The translations under genes were made by a program, and so were the position numbers. Under the pieces are notes generated by a model. The model did no database searches, had not been told where the DNA came from, and saw only the letters and a program-made list of their open reading frames with translations. Positions 12,815 through 26,280 of a DNA stretch of 64,000 nucleotides are shown here, one piece after another; within the stretch, counting starts at the first letter, position 1; every line of letters begins with the position of its first letter. This DNA comes from Octopus sinensis (taxonomy: Eukaryota): contig NC_042999.1 in the NCBI RefSeq assembly GCF_006345805.1, positions 123,690,001 to 123,754,000 on the forward strand, written 5' to 3'.

Positions 12815-13040
12815 AAGGCAGTGAGCTGGCAGAATCGTTAGCACACTGGGTGAAATGCTGCTCAGCATTTCATTCAACTTTAAATTCTGAGTTCAAAATC
12901 TGCTGAAGTCAACTTTGTCTTTCATCCTTTTGGAGATTGATAAATTAAGTATAGCAAAACACGGGGGTCGATGTAATCGACTAGTCCCCTTCTCTAAAAT
13001 TTCAGGCTTTGTGCTTTTTTGTAAAAAGGATTATCATTAT
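12815..13040 (+). mobile_element. SINE family F2 copy
   Basis: Colinear with 3651-3868. Confidence 0.7.
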
Positions 13041-13371
13041 TTCTTTTTTTCAATTTTGTTACCATTTCTTGCCAAGTGTCTTCCTGATACCTAGGGCAAA
13101 GAAACTCACTGTATACATTGGTAGGCTATTAAAGTAAACACACCAGATTTTTCATTTACAAAGTTAAGTTACGTGATAGAAAAAAGAAAGAAGGAAAGAA
13201 AAAGTAATAAAAAAATAAATAAAAATGGGGAAACAAGCAAAATAAAGTGGGAAGATAAGAAAGAAAATAATACAAAGCAACAAAGCTTTTCTTAATAAGT
13301 GTGACTTAAGATTATTATATATTAATCAATAATTATTATCACTATTATTATTATTATTATTATCATTCAGT

Positions 13372-13515
13372 TCACTGCCTGGAATCGAACTTGGAATCTG
13401 GGTGTTTGTAGCCTGTGCTCTGAACCACTACGCCATATGCCCATGGGCATATGGCGTAGTGGTTAAGAGAGTAGGCTACTAACCCCAAGATTCCGAGTTC
13501 AATTCCAAGCAGTGA
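13372..13515. repeat. Head-to-head palindrome of two tRNA-like (Pol III A/B box) units
   Basis: Perfect 42-bp palindrome at 13423-13464. Arms ~72 bp and ~80% complementary. A box TGGCGTAGTGG and B box GAGTTCAATTCC / AGTTCGATTCC. Confidence 0.8.
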
Positions 13516-13620
13516 CCCAAATAACAATAATAACAACAACAATAATAATAATAATAATAATAACAACAACAACATGAAAAATACCTTAGGAATGAGAACC
13601 CAGGTTCGAAATTTCTCCAA

Positions 13621-13663
13621 GATACCTGAAGAGGGCTGGAGGGTATGTCAGCCGAAACGTGTT
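13621..13663 (+). ncRNA. Degenerate hammerhead-like motif (NUH triplet appears to be missing)
   Basis: GATAC-CTGAAGA-G-GGCTG..CAGCC-GAAAC-GTGTT. GATAC can pair with GTGTT, but there is no NUH between GAAAC and stem I. Confidence 0.45.
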
Positions 13664-13771
13664 AACAAACAAGATGAGGACAAATATCCGTCAAATGTAA
13701 ATAATGTAAATAATGTACATAATTCCTCATCTCTTAAATATAGAACTGTATTATTATTATTATTATTATTA

Positions 13772-14210
13772 GACAGAATAGCTAGCACGCCAGGCAACAT
13801 GCTTAGTAGTATTTTGTCTGCTGCTATGTTGTGAGTTCAAATTTCGCTGAGGTTGACTTTGCCTTTCATCCATTCAGGGTCAATGAATTAAGTACCAGTG
13901 ATACATTGGCATCTATGTAATTGACTAGTTACCTCCCTACAAATTTGAGGTCCTGTATCTTTAGTTGAAAGGATTATTATTATTATTATTATTATTATTA
14001 TTGCAGAATAGTTAGCACCCTGGACAAAATGCTTAGCAGCATTTCATCCATCTTTATGCTTTATGTTCAAATTCTGCCAAGGTTGACTCTGCCTTTCATT
14101 CTTTCAGGGTCAGCGAAGTAAGTACCAATTAAACACTGGGTTTGATGTAATCAACTAACTCCCACTGAAATTTTCTGGCCTTGTGCCTATAGTAGAAACG
14201 ATTACTATCA
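13772..14210 (+). mobile_element. Two tandem SINE F2 copies separated by (TAT)n
   Basis: Units ~13772-13980 and ~14001-14210. Confidence 0.7.
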
Positions 14211-14655
14211 TTGCTATATCTTTTTATATATAAAATTAGCAATGAATTAGACTCATATCAATGTTATAAACTGCTAATTTGTAAGTTAAATGTAAGCAAA
14301 ATACAACATAAGAATATATAGTATATTTTCCAGAACTTAACTGTGTACAATAGTATCTGACCATCTCCTTTGTATTGTTCTTTCTGAGAAGAAATCACTT
14401 AGGTTGTTTCCTATTATTTTGTTAACAGATTGTCAAACACTTTTCCACTTTTCATTATATTCTCTTCGAAACTTTTTCAAAAGCCTAAATAAACCTTACA
14501 CTCCATTACAATGTACTTTTAAAATTTCATTCATTATGTGTAAATTGTGTTCTCACTCAAGTTGCTAGTCAAATAATGAAATGTTTTTATAAAAACAAAA
14601 ATGTTGAAAAAAATAAATAAATACTTAGCTTCTGCTTGTTCAACATTTTTGTATT

Positions 14656-14689
<34 letters not shown>

Positions 14690-14995
14690 CTTATTTTTGA
14701 TTTAATTATTTTTTTATAAGATGGAATTGGTCACTAAATGGATTTGACATTACTTTAATCTCAATACTGTAAATAAAAAAAAATGTAGGTAAACATACAA
14801 TTTAATTGTTTGAAATAATTTGAATAGCTTCCATTCATTCACCCTTTTCTTACTTTTTCTTTAGCAGACATCTTAAAAATAAAAGCTTTGGTCTTCAAGT
14901 AAAATAATATAGCAATTACCAGATATAAATAATCATACTTTATTTCCAAAAATCTTTCAGATTTACAGCCTGTAATACTGTCATATTTTTTTAAC

Positions 14996-15600
14996 ATCTT
15001 TCACCTGCGCTGCCTCCGAAAAATCCTCCACATCAAATGGCAGAATCATATCCCCAACAAAGATGTCCTCAGGCAAGCAGGAATACCAAGCATGTTTGCA
15101 CTCCTCACACAAAGACGTATGAGATGGCTTGGGCATGTTAGCCGTATGAAAGATGGCAGAATCCCCAAGGACATACTCTACGGAGAGCTTGCTAGGGGTA
15201 CTAGGTCTGTGGGTAGACTGATCTTACATTACAAGGATGTTTGCAAAAGGGATATGAAGGCCTGCAACATCAACATTAGCGGTTGGGAGGCAGTCGCCGG
15301 CAACCGTGGAGAATGGCGACGTACAGTAAAAGAGGGTATACAGAGGAGTGACAGAAAGAGAGAGGAGAAATGGAAAGAAAGGAAGAGACATAAACAAGAG
15401 ACCATGGCACTACAACCAGCCAGGAACAGTCTTCGCTACATTTGCAGTACCTGCCAGAGGGAGTGTTTGTCCAGGATAGGACTACACAGCCACAGCAAGA
15501 AATGTAACAGGAAATAAAATATAACAGCCGGACTAGACCTAGAAAAAAAAAAAAAAAAAAATGCGCAACTCCATTGTCTCCCGAGACAGAAAGGATGCCA
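14996..15600 (+). mobile_element. RTE-clade LINE 3' end
   Basis: RRMRWLGHVSRMKDGRIPKDILYGEL...CSTCQRECLSRIGLHSH; terminus ATTGTCTCCCGAGACAGAAAGGATGCC. Confidence 0.85.
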
Positions 15601-17539
15601 AACCATACTTCTAAGAAGAATACATTGCCTATATGTTTCAATTTCTTCCTAAAATAAGCAAAAAATTCTAGAGAGGGATGAATAAAATAACTTTTTTCAT
15701 TTGGTAGTCTATTTTTCCTTTATTTGGAACACATCTTAAGGATATATTCTCAGATGACACTATGGTCAGATTTTTACTGAATAAAATCTTGCATTGTTTT
15801 TTTTTTTTTTTGTAATAAGACTACAATCAAGATTTCAATATTAATTTCAATTCAAAACAAGTAGGTTTTGTGGTCTTGTTCATAGCATGAGGCCAGAGTC
15901 TGTTTCAGACTAGTTGTTACCAGAAGGACTAATAACAATTACAAGCTATTAAAAAAATATATATGATAGTGAGGTTAATAATGGATTAAGTTTTTAATGC
16001 AGGTATGCATAAAGATTAGTTTCTTGCACATTTCTATGCTCTATTTATGTATGATTTAAAGGAATTTTCGGCCCCACTGACTATTCTGCATCTTCCATAT
16101 AACCATGCTTTCCATCTATTCATTCATACCATCAACCATTTCATTTGTTCAATATCCCCTCTTCTGCACTCTGATATGTACCAGTCCTGTTTCCTTGTTC
16201 TTTTCCACCTTCAATCCACCTATTGCCTGTTTCTTAACCCTTTACACCCAACAGTTCAAGTGGCTATCATTAGACTTCCACTTACATAGCCCAACTAATA
16301 AGCACTGACACTCTGACCTAATCCCTAATGTCCATTTTGCACCATTGAGTATAGTCACATAGTCGTAACTCTACTCTATGACCTATCAGTCACCTAAACT
16401 GCACATTTGATGACACCCACACTGCTGATGTCAAAATTGTATTCATTATAGTCATTAACTCCTTCCACTCACTCTAATAGCTTATCTCATCCACTATTGA
16501 CAACTTCCTGCACCTCACTGTTTCTTTTAACCCTTTCACTCTCTCCAACCAAACTCTAACAAACTTTGTTCACCTACCTTGATGTCATCTACATTGATAT
16601 CATCTCATCACATACTATTCACACCAAATTTGCTAATCTCTTCTCACAATTCTTCTAAGACAGAATTTGAGGTCTTATCAAGTGGTTATTTCTTCCTACA
16701 AAGTGATTACTCCCAGCTGACTGCTGATACTGATCTCTTTCACATCCTCACTCACAGCTCAATTTTACTGTTCTGTGCCTTCCTCATCATGCTCCATCCC
16801 ACAACCCAACTTCTCCTATAACACTTCCATCTTCTTTAATCTGACCCTGCAAACCCTGACATCTTTTGTAACATGACTCTTTACTGACATCACTTCAATC
16901 TTTTAGCTAACCTTCTGGTTCACCTTTCATTCACCTGAGCCATATCCTACCAACTCCCAATTTAACTTCAACTGTAGTCCCTTCATCCAGCACAGCATCA
17001 ATTTACATGCATCTGGGTTATTTCTCATAGCATGTGCTAACTACTCCATACATACCATTTGTAATGGAAACCAGCTCTGGTGCACTATATACAGAGGAGA
17101 GTCATTAGAGATTGAGTGATGATTTTAGAGATTTTGGAGACACCTAATGCAAAAATACCAAATCACTTAGGCTTGGAGGAGAACAGTTCAGTTCTTCATT
17201 TTTTTGCATTTTGCTGTTTATGATATTATGCAACCCATGGTATTCCTATCATCCAGCTTCATCATGAACAAGAATTAATCTTCTACTTATGTACAGCTTG
17301 CCTTGCTGATATTAATGACCAACTTGTATTAATGACAACACCCCTAAGTAACCATAATAAAAGCTTACACTTACAATTCATATTTCTCTCTTCCACTCAT
17401 ATGTTTGCATATAATTCACCACCTATTTTCCATCTACGCACTTATATACATTTCCAATCATCCAATACACATCCATCTGTGTTATGTCTCTTATTCATAC
17501 CGCCCACATATTACCACTGCTTTCAACTATCCCACAGAT

Positions 17540-17742
17540 TTATACATAGAGGGAACAATCAAGAACAGACAAAGGGATTAAGTCGACTACATCGACCTCA
17601 GTGTGTAACTGGTACTTATTTAATCAACCCCAGAAGGATGAAAGGCAAAGTCGACCTCAGTGGAATTTGAACTCAGAAAATAATGGCAGACAAAATACTG
17701 CAAGGCTTTTCGCCTGGAGTGCTATTGATTCTGCCAGCTCAA
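17540..17742 (-). mobile_element. SINE family F2 copy
   Basis: Aligns to 35662-35880. Confidence 0.7.
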
Positions 17743-18220
17743 TCCTACACATTTATTCCCTGCTATTGCATACACACCACGTCAACTTAACATTCATTAT
17801 GCTATTACACATTTAATTTCTGTTATAACGGATGCACATTTGCACTTTACACCATCCACCTCAATACTCACACATATATCCATCGACTATGACTCCACAT
17901 CACTTACTAATATCATATTTTACGCATTCTATGACACATTTATTCTCCACTGTTGTATACTCACCACACATTTGTACTTAGCCTTGTCCACATTATTCAC
18001 TTTCTATTTGCTTATACACACAAACATACTTCACTCATCTATATTCTCCCATGCTTGTAACATAAATAAACATATGCCCCTTCACTCTATCTTCCCACAG
18101 TAGTCAAGCTTATTTCACTTGCTTTATACTCATTCTTCTATGCTGTAAAACAACCTTTTTACTCGACTCATTTGTCTTCTGCTGTTAAAGCCTATTGCGA
18201 GTCTGATCTTACAACATGTA

Positions 18221-19089
18221 CAAGAGTAGGCTGAAAAGTTAATAGGCTGACTCATATGAAGGAGTGATGCTAGAGCCGGGAAATCACACATGCACTAATT
18301 TCAACTCTTTTTATTTATGACTGCATTATTTCTTTCCAGGAAAACGGACATCTGACTGTTCAAAGAAGACTTCAAAACTAACTTGTATCGACTTGAAAAT
18401 CGACAAAATTTGGCACTTGAGGCAGATCCAGCTGGTTTCCTTAAATGCTTCCTAACCTAAAATGAGTGTTGGCTTTATCACTTTGAGCCTGAGACAAAAA
18501 GACAATCCATTCAGTGGAAACACTCTCTCTCACCTGCCTCAAAGAAGGCCAAAGTTGTTTCATCTACAGGGAATGTTTTTGGGGGGATTCAAAAAGCATT
18601 GTGTTTATTGAATTTCTTCAAAAGGGCCACACCATCAATGGAGAGAACTATACCAACCTATACCAACTCACTGAGGAGGTTCTTAAAGGCTACCAAAACC
18701 AAACACCCAGGAAAACTGTCAAAAGGGATCTTGTTTCATCAGGACAATGCTCCAGCACACAAGTCGTTGCTTTCAGAGACTGCTATATGTACACTAAGGT
18801 TTTGAACTGGTTGATTAGCCTGATTTGTCCCCATATGTCTATCCTCTGTTCCCCAACATGGAAAATCACTTGGCTGGGAAGCTTCATAGCAGTGATGATG
18901 ATGTCATATCTGGTGCTGATGACTTTTTTGACCAACAGGATGAAAGCTTCTTTTCTAATGGGATCTAAATGACACTGATAGAAGAAGTATCTGGACAGAA
19001 AAAGGGCTATGTTGAGAAATAAACCTAATTTGGTCACATACTCCATGAGAGTATCTTGGTCAGCCTATGAACTTTTAAGTTTACCCTCA
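18221..19089 (+). mobile_element. Mariner transposon, internally deleted and decayed
   Basis: ~30-bp imperfect TIRs (CAAGAGTAGGCTGAAAAGTTAATAGGCTGAC / GTCAGCCTATGAACTTTTAAGTTTACCCTC), TA at the left end. Transposase remnants FWGDSKSIVFIEFLQKGHTINGENY and LFHQDNAPAH. Confidence 0.85.
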
Positions 19090-19129
19090 GGACTGCCTGC
19101 TGTGCTAACCTTGGATCATAGAGTGACTC

Positions 19130-19538
19130 GCTGTTCTTGAGGAGACCTATTGAGTCAAGTACGTCAACACCAACATCAAAATAAAAATCAAATGGAAATT
19201 GTAGTTAAGATACCTGTGCTGGTGACACATAAAAAGCACCGTCTGAATGTGGCAGATGCCAGCACCACCTGACTGGCGTCCGTGTCAGTGACACATCAAA
19301 GCACCAACCAACCGTGGCTGTTTTCCAGCCTCCTCTGGCCCCTGTGCCAGTGGCACATAAAAAGCATCCACTACACTCACAGAGTGGTTGGCGTTAGGAA
19401 GGGCATCCAGCTGTAGAAACACTGCCAGATTAGACTGGAGCCTGGTGCAGCCTCCTGGCTTCCCAGACCCCAGTAGAACCGTCCAACCCATGCTAGCATG
19501 GAAAACAGACGTTAAACGAGGATGATGATGATGATGAT
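19130..19538 (+). mobile_element. F1 copy
   Basis: Aligns to 35085-35463. Confidence 0.75.
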
Positions 19539-21505
19539 ATCTCCATCCATCAGTTTTGGTGGAGGACAACTGTCTAAACCATTGATTTGCTTCTTTTCTT
19601 GTCCTTCACTGCATAATTACTTTGACTTTGTACTTTTGTTTGCTGTTTCTGATATTTTTCTATTTTCATCTTGTTTTTCCTTGTGTCATGTCCAGATATA
19701 ATTATCATGCTGATGCAGAATCAACTTGAATTAACACTGGATTTGTTAATTTCTTATTTAAAAAAAATAACGTTCAAAATTAACTTTTAATGATCACTCT
19801 TGCAATTCACTAACCATATTTTGTTACTGTTATATTGGAAACTGATGAGAAGAAAGAACTATGCTATTTCAGAATACTAGTGACAAGAGGGCTGCTGAAG
19901 TACTTTTCTAGAAAGGTTAAAACCAAATTATTCAGTACAATCTAAATATGAATTTGAGACATTAGTTTAAAATCTGTCAGTATTGTACTAAATGAAATGT
20001 AGAATATTTAATTTGAGAAACAAAATGATACCTTTGAGCTTTGAAATTTGAATCATTATGACAAAGCAAAGTGAAATGGATTCCATGATCATCAGAGTAT
20101 TAATAGTGATGATTGAATCTAATTATGAAACAGAATTGTTAAAAAACAAAAATTGACTGAGGGCTAATGAAATGAAATGAAAAAAGATGATAGATTATAG
20201 ATATAAAAGTTGAGAACAAAAAATAAAGTAAATGAAAGTGAAAAGGACAAGAAATAAAACAAGTAAAGCAACTAGAAATAAAAAGAAAGAAATGAATGTA
20301 GAAAAATTGATGATGCTGATGAAATTGGAGCATCAGACAGTTAAGAGACATAAAATAAGCTGCCGATGAAGATTAATTTTATATTCCTTCCCTGCACTAG
20401 AATCTGACACCTTGCCATATGAACTATATTAACATTCTAATGCACCATAAAATAGTCTTTTACATTTCTAATATAAAGTTTTTATGTAAAAAGATGTGAT
20501 CTGATCTGCAATCATATAATCCCTGTTATAATCTCCATGGAACAAAACAGTATTAAGCATGGACTGATAAACAGGACTTACTAAAAGTGAGATTTGCAAT
20601 TTCTTATGTCTTTTGACTAAGAAAGGATAGAGATTAATTCTATAAATCCACTATGATACAGCAATTGACTTTCTCATTGGAATAAATGGAATATAATTTT
20701 ATCAAGTAAATGCATGGGAATCCCAAGATAAGAACAAAGGAATCATTTTAGTCATGCATGGCTGATTTGCAACTACCATTAACATCTATTTAATCTCCAC
20801 TTGATCTGCAGTTTAATGATGTAAACATCTAAAGATGTATCTGGTGATTTTGTTTCTCTATTCAGTAGCTAATCTTTGGCTTTGCAATAATTGTCAGAAA
20901 TTGATTCTCCCAACCACTTTGAAGAATCAAACATGTAAGAAGAAATAAGGTGCCCCACTTTCGATTACTGATCAAAGTTTTAACACTTCTCCACTCATCT
21001 TTAATGCTTATTTCATGTTAGCTCTAGTATGCTTTATCCCTAACAAGTAATTTTGCCATAAATTAAGAGCACAGTTATAAAAATTAATATACTATATCAA
21101 ATGTCATTATCATAATAACAAGAACAGCTGACAGGAAGAAGGATAAGAATCTTTGAATAAATAAAGATGTTTTAATCAACTATGATAAAAGTAAAGATTT
21201 GTAACTCAAAGGATATGAACATGAAAAGTAGAAATGGTGGCCAATACTGAAGTTAAAATGGGAAATTAGGGAAGTAAAAGATATATGGTTTACCAAAAGC
21301 ATGATGATATGGAGCAAATAACCTGTGTAAAGTATAACCAATGGTTCAGAATCTCAACAAAGAATGGGTTTTTGAAGGTGTTTAAAAAAAAACAGTTGAC
21401 TAAGACAAATGAATAAACTGGTGACAGGAAGAACATCCAATTATAGAAAATCTACTTTAATAAATTCAATCTAACTGATGGAAGCATGGAAAAGTGGACA
21501 TTAAA

Positions 21506-21812
21506 ACAATGATGATGATGGTGATGACAATGATGATGATGATGATGATAACGGTGATGATGACAATGATAATGATGCTGCTGCTGATGATGATGACGAT
21601 GATGACAATGATGACAATAACAATGATGATGATGGCAATGATGACAATGACGATAACAATGACAACGATGATGACAATGATGAGAACAATGGCGATGACA
21701 ATGATGACAATGACAACGATGACAATGACAACAATGACAATAATAATAATGATGACAGTGAAGATGACAACGATGACGACGACGACGACGACGACGATGA
21801 TAATAATAATAA
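21506..21812. repeat. (GAT/GAC/AAT)n compound trinucleotide repeat
   Basis: Direct reading. Confidence 0.95.
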
Positions 21813-21849
21813 TACTGTGTAAAACTTTATAGCCACACAGCAGAGGTTG

Positions 21850-22330
21850 ATAATAGTTATGTGCTAAAACAATTAAGAAGATAAATTCTCTAATATACAA
21901 GGGCCAGAAATCACCTCTGAAGAAGTTGCCCAAACAGTCAGGAAGCAAAGCTAAAATATCATAAATCACTTGGAATAGATAATGAAAGTGTAGAATTGTG
22001 AAACCAGGGAGGTGGGTATAGTGCTAAGATTTGCTGGAAAATTTGTAAAAGTGTCCTGGCATGTAAATGGACACAATCAAATGTTGTACCATTGCCAAAG
22101 AAGGGAACCACCAAAAAGTGTTACAGCAACCAAATGAGTGTAATTAGCCATCCAAGGAAGGATTTTCTATATGGTTTATTTGATTAGATGAAACCAAGAT
22201 TAATAATGATAGTGAGATGCAAACTGTTTCCTAGAAGGAAGAAATACTGTTGTGCAAATTTGTAATGTTAATATTCTAGCAGAAAAATATTTGGAATATC
22301 AATTAGATATTTATCATCGCTGGTTTTAGA
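21850..22330 (+). mobile_element. Highly decayed RTE-like RT remnant
   Basis: Manual translation: EITSEEVAQTV, KSLGIDN, WTQSNVVPLPKKG, VISHP. Confidence 0.5.
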
Positions 22331-22789
22331 AAGGCTTTTAATTGTGTGTGGTATAGAATATTACAACTTAGGAGAAAATGAAACATCAGCCCACCAATAG
22401 TAAATACTATAAAGACATTATATGAACATGTAGAAAGTCTGGCTTGGGTTAGAAATCCTCTAAGTAACTTGTTTAAAGCAATTGTTGGTAGCGGACAATT
22501 GTGTTTCTTCACCAAGCCTTTCCAGTGTTTTTATTATACAATGCTAATCACTTAAAGTGAAGAGGAGATGTGAAAGAGGGAAACCCAAGAAGAGTTACAA
22601 ATCTTTTCTTTTATCATAGTTGATTAAAACATCTTTATTTACTCAAAGATTCTTATCCTTCTTCCTGTCAGCTGTTCTTGTTATTATGATAATGACATTT
22701 GATATAGTATATTAATTGTTATAACTATTGAAGGCCAATCTCAAAATGCTGAGCCTTAAGAAGGAGATGGCAGAGGACCAATATATGTG

Positions 22790-23076
22790 GTGCATTGTTG
22801 TACTTGAGAAGACCTACATCCCACAACAGAATTGAGATCCTAAAACCAAGGTACCACATAAAAAGCATTTGTGTGGGTACTAGTGCCATGTAAAATGTAC
22901 CCATTACACTCTGTAAAGTGGTTGGCATTAGGAAGGGCATCTAACTTTAGAAACCAAGTCAAAACAGACTATGGAGCTTGGTGTGGCACCTGGCCTTGCC
23001 AGTTGCAGTCAAGCCATCCAACCCATGCCAGCTAAGGAAAATGGATGTTAAATAATGATGATGATGATGATGATGA
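22790..23076 (+). mobile_element. F1 copy (decayed)
   Basis: GGCATTAGGAAGGGCATC...CCAACCCATGCCAG...(GAT)n. Confidence 0.65.
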
Positions 23077-23756
23077 CAGAAGCTCTAAACTCATTTACAA
23101 GAAATATTAAAGAATGAGGTAGAGAAGTCAGTAATGTATTTTGTCAATAGCGTTGAGTTGAAAAGGTACAATGATGGTTAATTGAAATAAGTTTGAAAAA
23201 AAATGAATATAATTAGCAAAAAAAACTGAAGAGTTGATCTAAATAAAATTGTAGGAAAGATACTCAAACAAGCTGATGGATTTAAATGAAAGATGTGAAA
23301 TCAAAGAATGAGGTAAAATAATAATTCTATTAGGTACCTTAGCTTTAATAGAATTAGATACTGTTTAGGAAAAATAAAAAAATTACAACAAAATCCGTGC
23401 TTTATGAGTAAAATTAAAACTGCTTTAGCCTCTCAAATTCCTGATATCAACTCACTTCTTTCTTCCTCCTGTTCTCTACCGCCACCCCGTACACCCTTAT
23501 ATCACAATTCCAACACACCACCAGGCAATAATAATACCCCTAACACATATACTCCACCCTTTCGTGACCTCATCTAATTTCAAAGTTAATATTTTTTTGT
23601 TTAGTTGCATGAAGAAATTTTGTGAAAGCCATTCAGAATTAGCTTGGTACACCTACGTTTTAGTGCCCTTGTTAACTAATGACAGGGTAAGATATTACTT
23701 TTAGTTCTTCTGTTCCTAGAGTAAATAAGGACCAGTCACTATTACAAAAAACCTAT

Positions 23757-23970
23757 GAAGGCAGCAAACTGGCAGAATTGTTAGCATGCTGGACAAAATA
23801 TATAGTGGTATTTTGTCCACCTTTACATTCTGAGTTCAAAAATCTGCTGAGGTTGCCTCACAACCTTTCAGGGTTGATAGAATAAGTAGCAACTGAGCAC
23901 TGGGGTCAGTCTAATCAACTAGTCCCACCCCCAAAATTTCAGGTTTTGTATCTATAGTAGAAAGGATTAT
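23757..23970 (+). mobile_element. SINE family F2 copy
   Basis: GGCAGCAAACTGGCAGAA head to AGAAAGGATTATT tail. Confidence 0.7.
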
Positions 23971-24435
23971 TCTAAAAACTTATAGTATCATTGCAATTCT
24001 GTTTCAACAAAGAAGACTTCTATATTTTAAAAACTTTGGAGATTTTAAGATACTGAATTCATATATTTATTTGCTAAAATGTTTGTTTATAAGGAAGAAA
24101 AATTAATAATAAAATCTTTTGAAAGTCTATTTTTAACTCTAATATTTATATCTCATTTCCCCTGCTGCCACAGATAAAATTGATGTGAATGTATGAGTTA
24201 TTAGTTGCCTTTCTTACCTCTAACCACTCAATAGTGTAAGAGAATTGCTTTTTATATTTTCAGTTTAGTTAAAGTTTTCTGAAAGATGCAAAAAAAAAAA
24301 ATTGTTAAACAAGCTCGCCACCATGCTACATGCTTCAGTCAGGCAAGCTGTTATTTATAAATATATGATCCAAACTGAAAACAGATGTTGTTCTAAGTCA
24401 GCCCTAGTCAGACCAGCCAACGATCAAAAGCATTC

Positions 24436-24665
24436 GTTGTCATCATCATTTAACAGCCAATTTCCCTACTGGAATGGGTTGGACAATTTGACAGAAGTTG
24501 GCAAGGCAGAGAGCTGCACCATGCATCAATTGTCTGTTTGGTATGATTTCTACTGTTCAACACCCTTCTTAATGCCAACCACTTCACAGAGTGTACTGGA
24601 TGCACCAGTGCTTTATATGTGGCACCAGTATCAGTAAATTTTATGTGACACCAGCACCTGTGCAC
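24436..24665 (-). mobile_element. F1 copy (decayed)
   Basis: CATCATCATTTAAC...CCCTTCTTAATGCCAACC. Confidence 0.6.
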
Positions 24666-24997
24666 TCAGGTGCTGAAAGGTATAGTGTACCCAAGAATAC
24701 ATTATTCTGTGTCTTCTCCCATTCTTTTTTAAACAGACAAGTGGCAGGAGCAACACATTAGCATAATATATGATAAGAAGTCTCTCTAACCATATTAGTT
24801 TAGAACTTAAAAGGAATAACACTGAGACAAGAGATAAGTTTCAAATAGAAAACAACAAAATCAAGAATGCTGCAAAATTTAATAAAATGGTTTCTATGGC
24901 AATATAGCTTTCCTCCTGACAACCATATGAAATTCAAACAGTAAATGGATTAAATTTGTTCTCTATAAAGCATTTACACCTTTAAATGCTTTGTTTA

Positions 24998-25064
24998 GAT
25001 GTATGTATGTATGTATGTATGTATGTATGTATGTATGTATGTATGTATGTATGTATGCATATAT

Positions 25065-25127
<63 letters not shown>

Positions 25128-25444
25128 TTATGTGTGTATATGTATTCATGTATGTTTTGGATATATAAATGTGTATGTATATTCGTGTGTTTGTACATAT
25201 ATGTGTGTGTATAAATATATATACATGTATATATACACAAATATGTATACATAAATATATATACATATATATATAAATATAACAGTTATTAGTGATGGAT
25301 AATCAATCCGAGCAAAATACTTTATAAGCTCTCTAACAATATTGTTTAGATTAGTAAAGAACTCCACATCTTGCAGCATTTTATATTGTAAACCCGTAGT
25401 TTCGTAATGATCATTATCATTGCCTTGTCTTGTATGTATGTATG

Positions 25445-25534
<90 letters not shown>

Positions 25535-25560
25535 CTTGTATGTGTTTATATATATATATA
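24998..25560. repeat. (TATG)n, (TA)n and (TG)n microsatellite cluster
   Basis: Direct reading. Confidence 0.95.
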
Positions 25561-26245
25561 CATGCATACATTTATTGGTGTATGCCACAGAACCTTCCAA
25601 AACTAGTAACTCTTGAATAAGCATTATCCTGGTATAATAAGACTACCAATGAACACAATCATGCAATATCAATAAATGTAATAATACAAACCACCATAAA
25701 CCATTTACGAGAATGAGGTACAACTCAGAATAACAAGACCCCAAGATATAAAAGATACCCAAGCATACTAAACATATATTCCCATCATCAGCTCCCTAAC
25801 AGATATCACTATGGTTTCAACATCTGGGCAGTGTCATCCAGTCTGGCAGTGTCAATAGTGTTCAAAACAAACACTGCCTGAGAATAAATAGACAATTGGC
25901 AAGTGTCTTCTACAAAACTTTGCATCAGACAAGGTTTTGTCAGTAGAAACTCAAAGAATCTTGTCCTATACATATATGTGTATGTATGTGTGTGTCTCGC
26001 TATCTTTACATCATGCAATTGTTGAAAATACAAATTGCCATCAGACCAGTAGTGTCTTTCACTTCCAGTTTGCTGTAATAGCATTTCAGCTACAGGAAAA
26101 TAATAGCTTGTATAGAAGAAACTTAATGTTTGTGACAGGGATGGTATCCAACCATAGAAAGTCTACCTCAATGAATTCCATCTGCTCCATACAGGAGTGA
26201 AAATATGAATATTTACTGTTCACAATAAATCGATGATATATATAG

Positions 26246-26280
<35 letters not shown>

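Larger units (their letters stand above)
21073..22726. repeat. 135-bp inverted repeat pair (21073-21207 / 22592-22726)
   Basis: AGTTATAAAAATTAATATACTATATC...GATTTGTAACTC and its reverse complement, with only a few mismatches. Confidence 0.85.

Noticed and set aside
12448-12906. Poly-N/I/L/Y/M ORFs here and at 21466-21969, 24982-25624 and 30795-31046
   Set aside because: Translations of microsatellites.
13444-13515. Functional tRNA gene
   Set aside because: A and B boxes are present but there is no complete cloverleaf with a paired acceptor stem; treated as a SINE-like head.
16050-17300. Pyrimidine-rich strand-biased tracts (also purine-rich 26860-27780 and 20040-20380) as LINE remnants
   Set aside because: Too decayed for me to assign motifs reliably.
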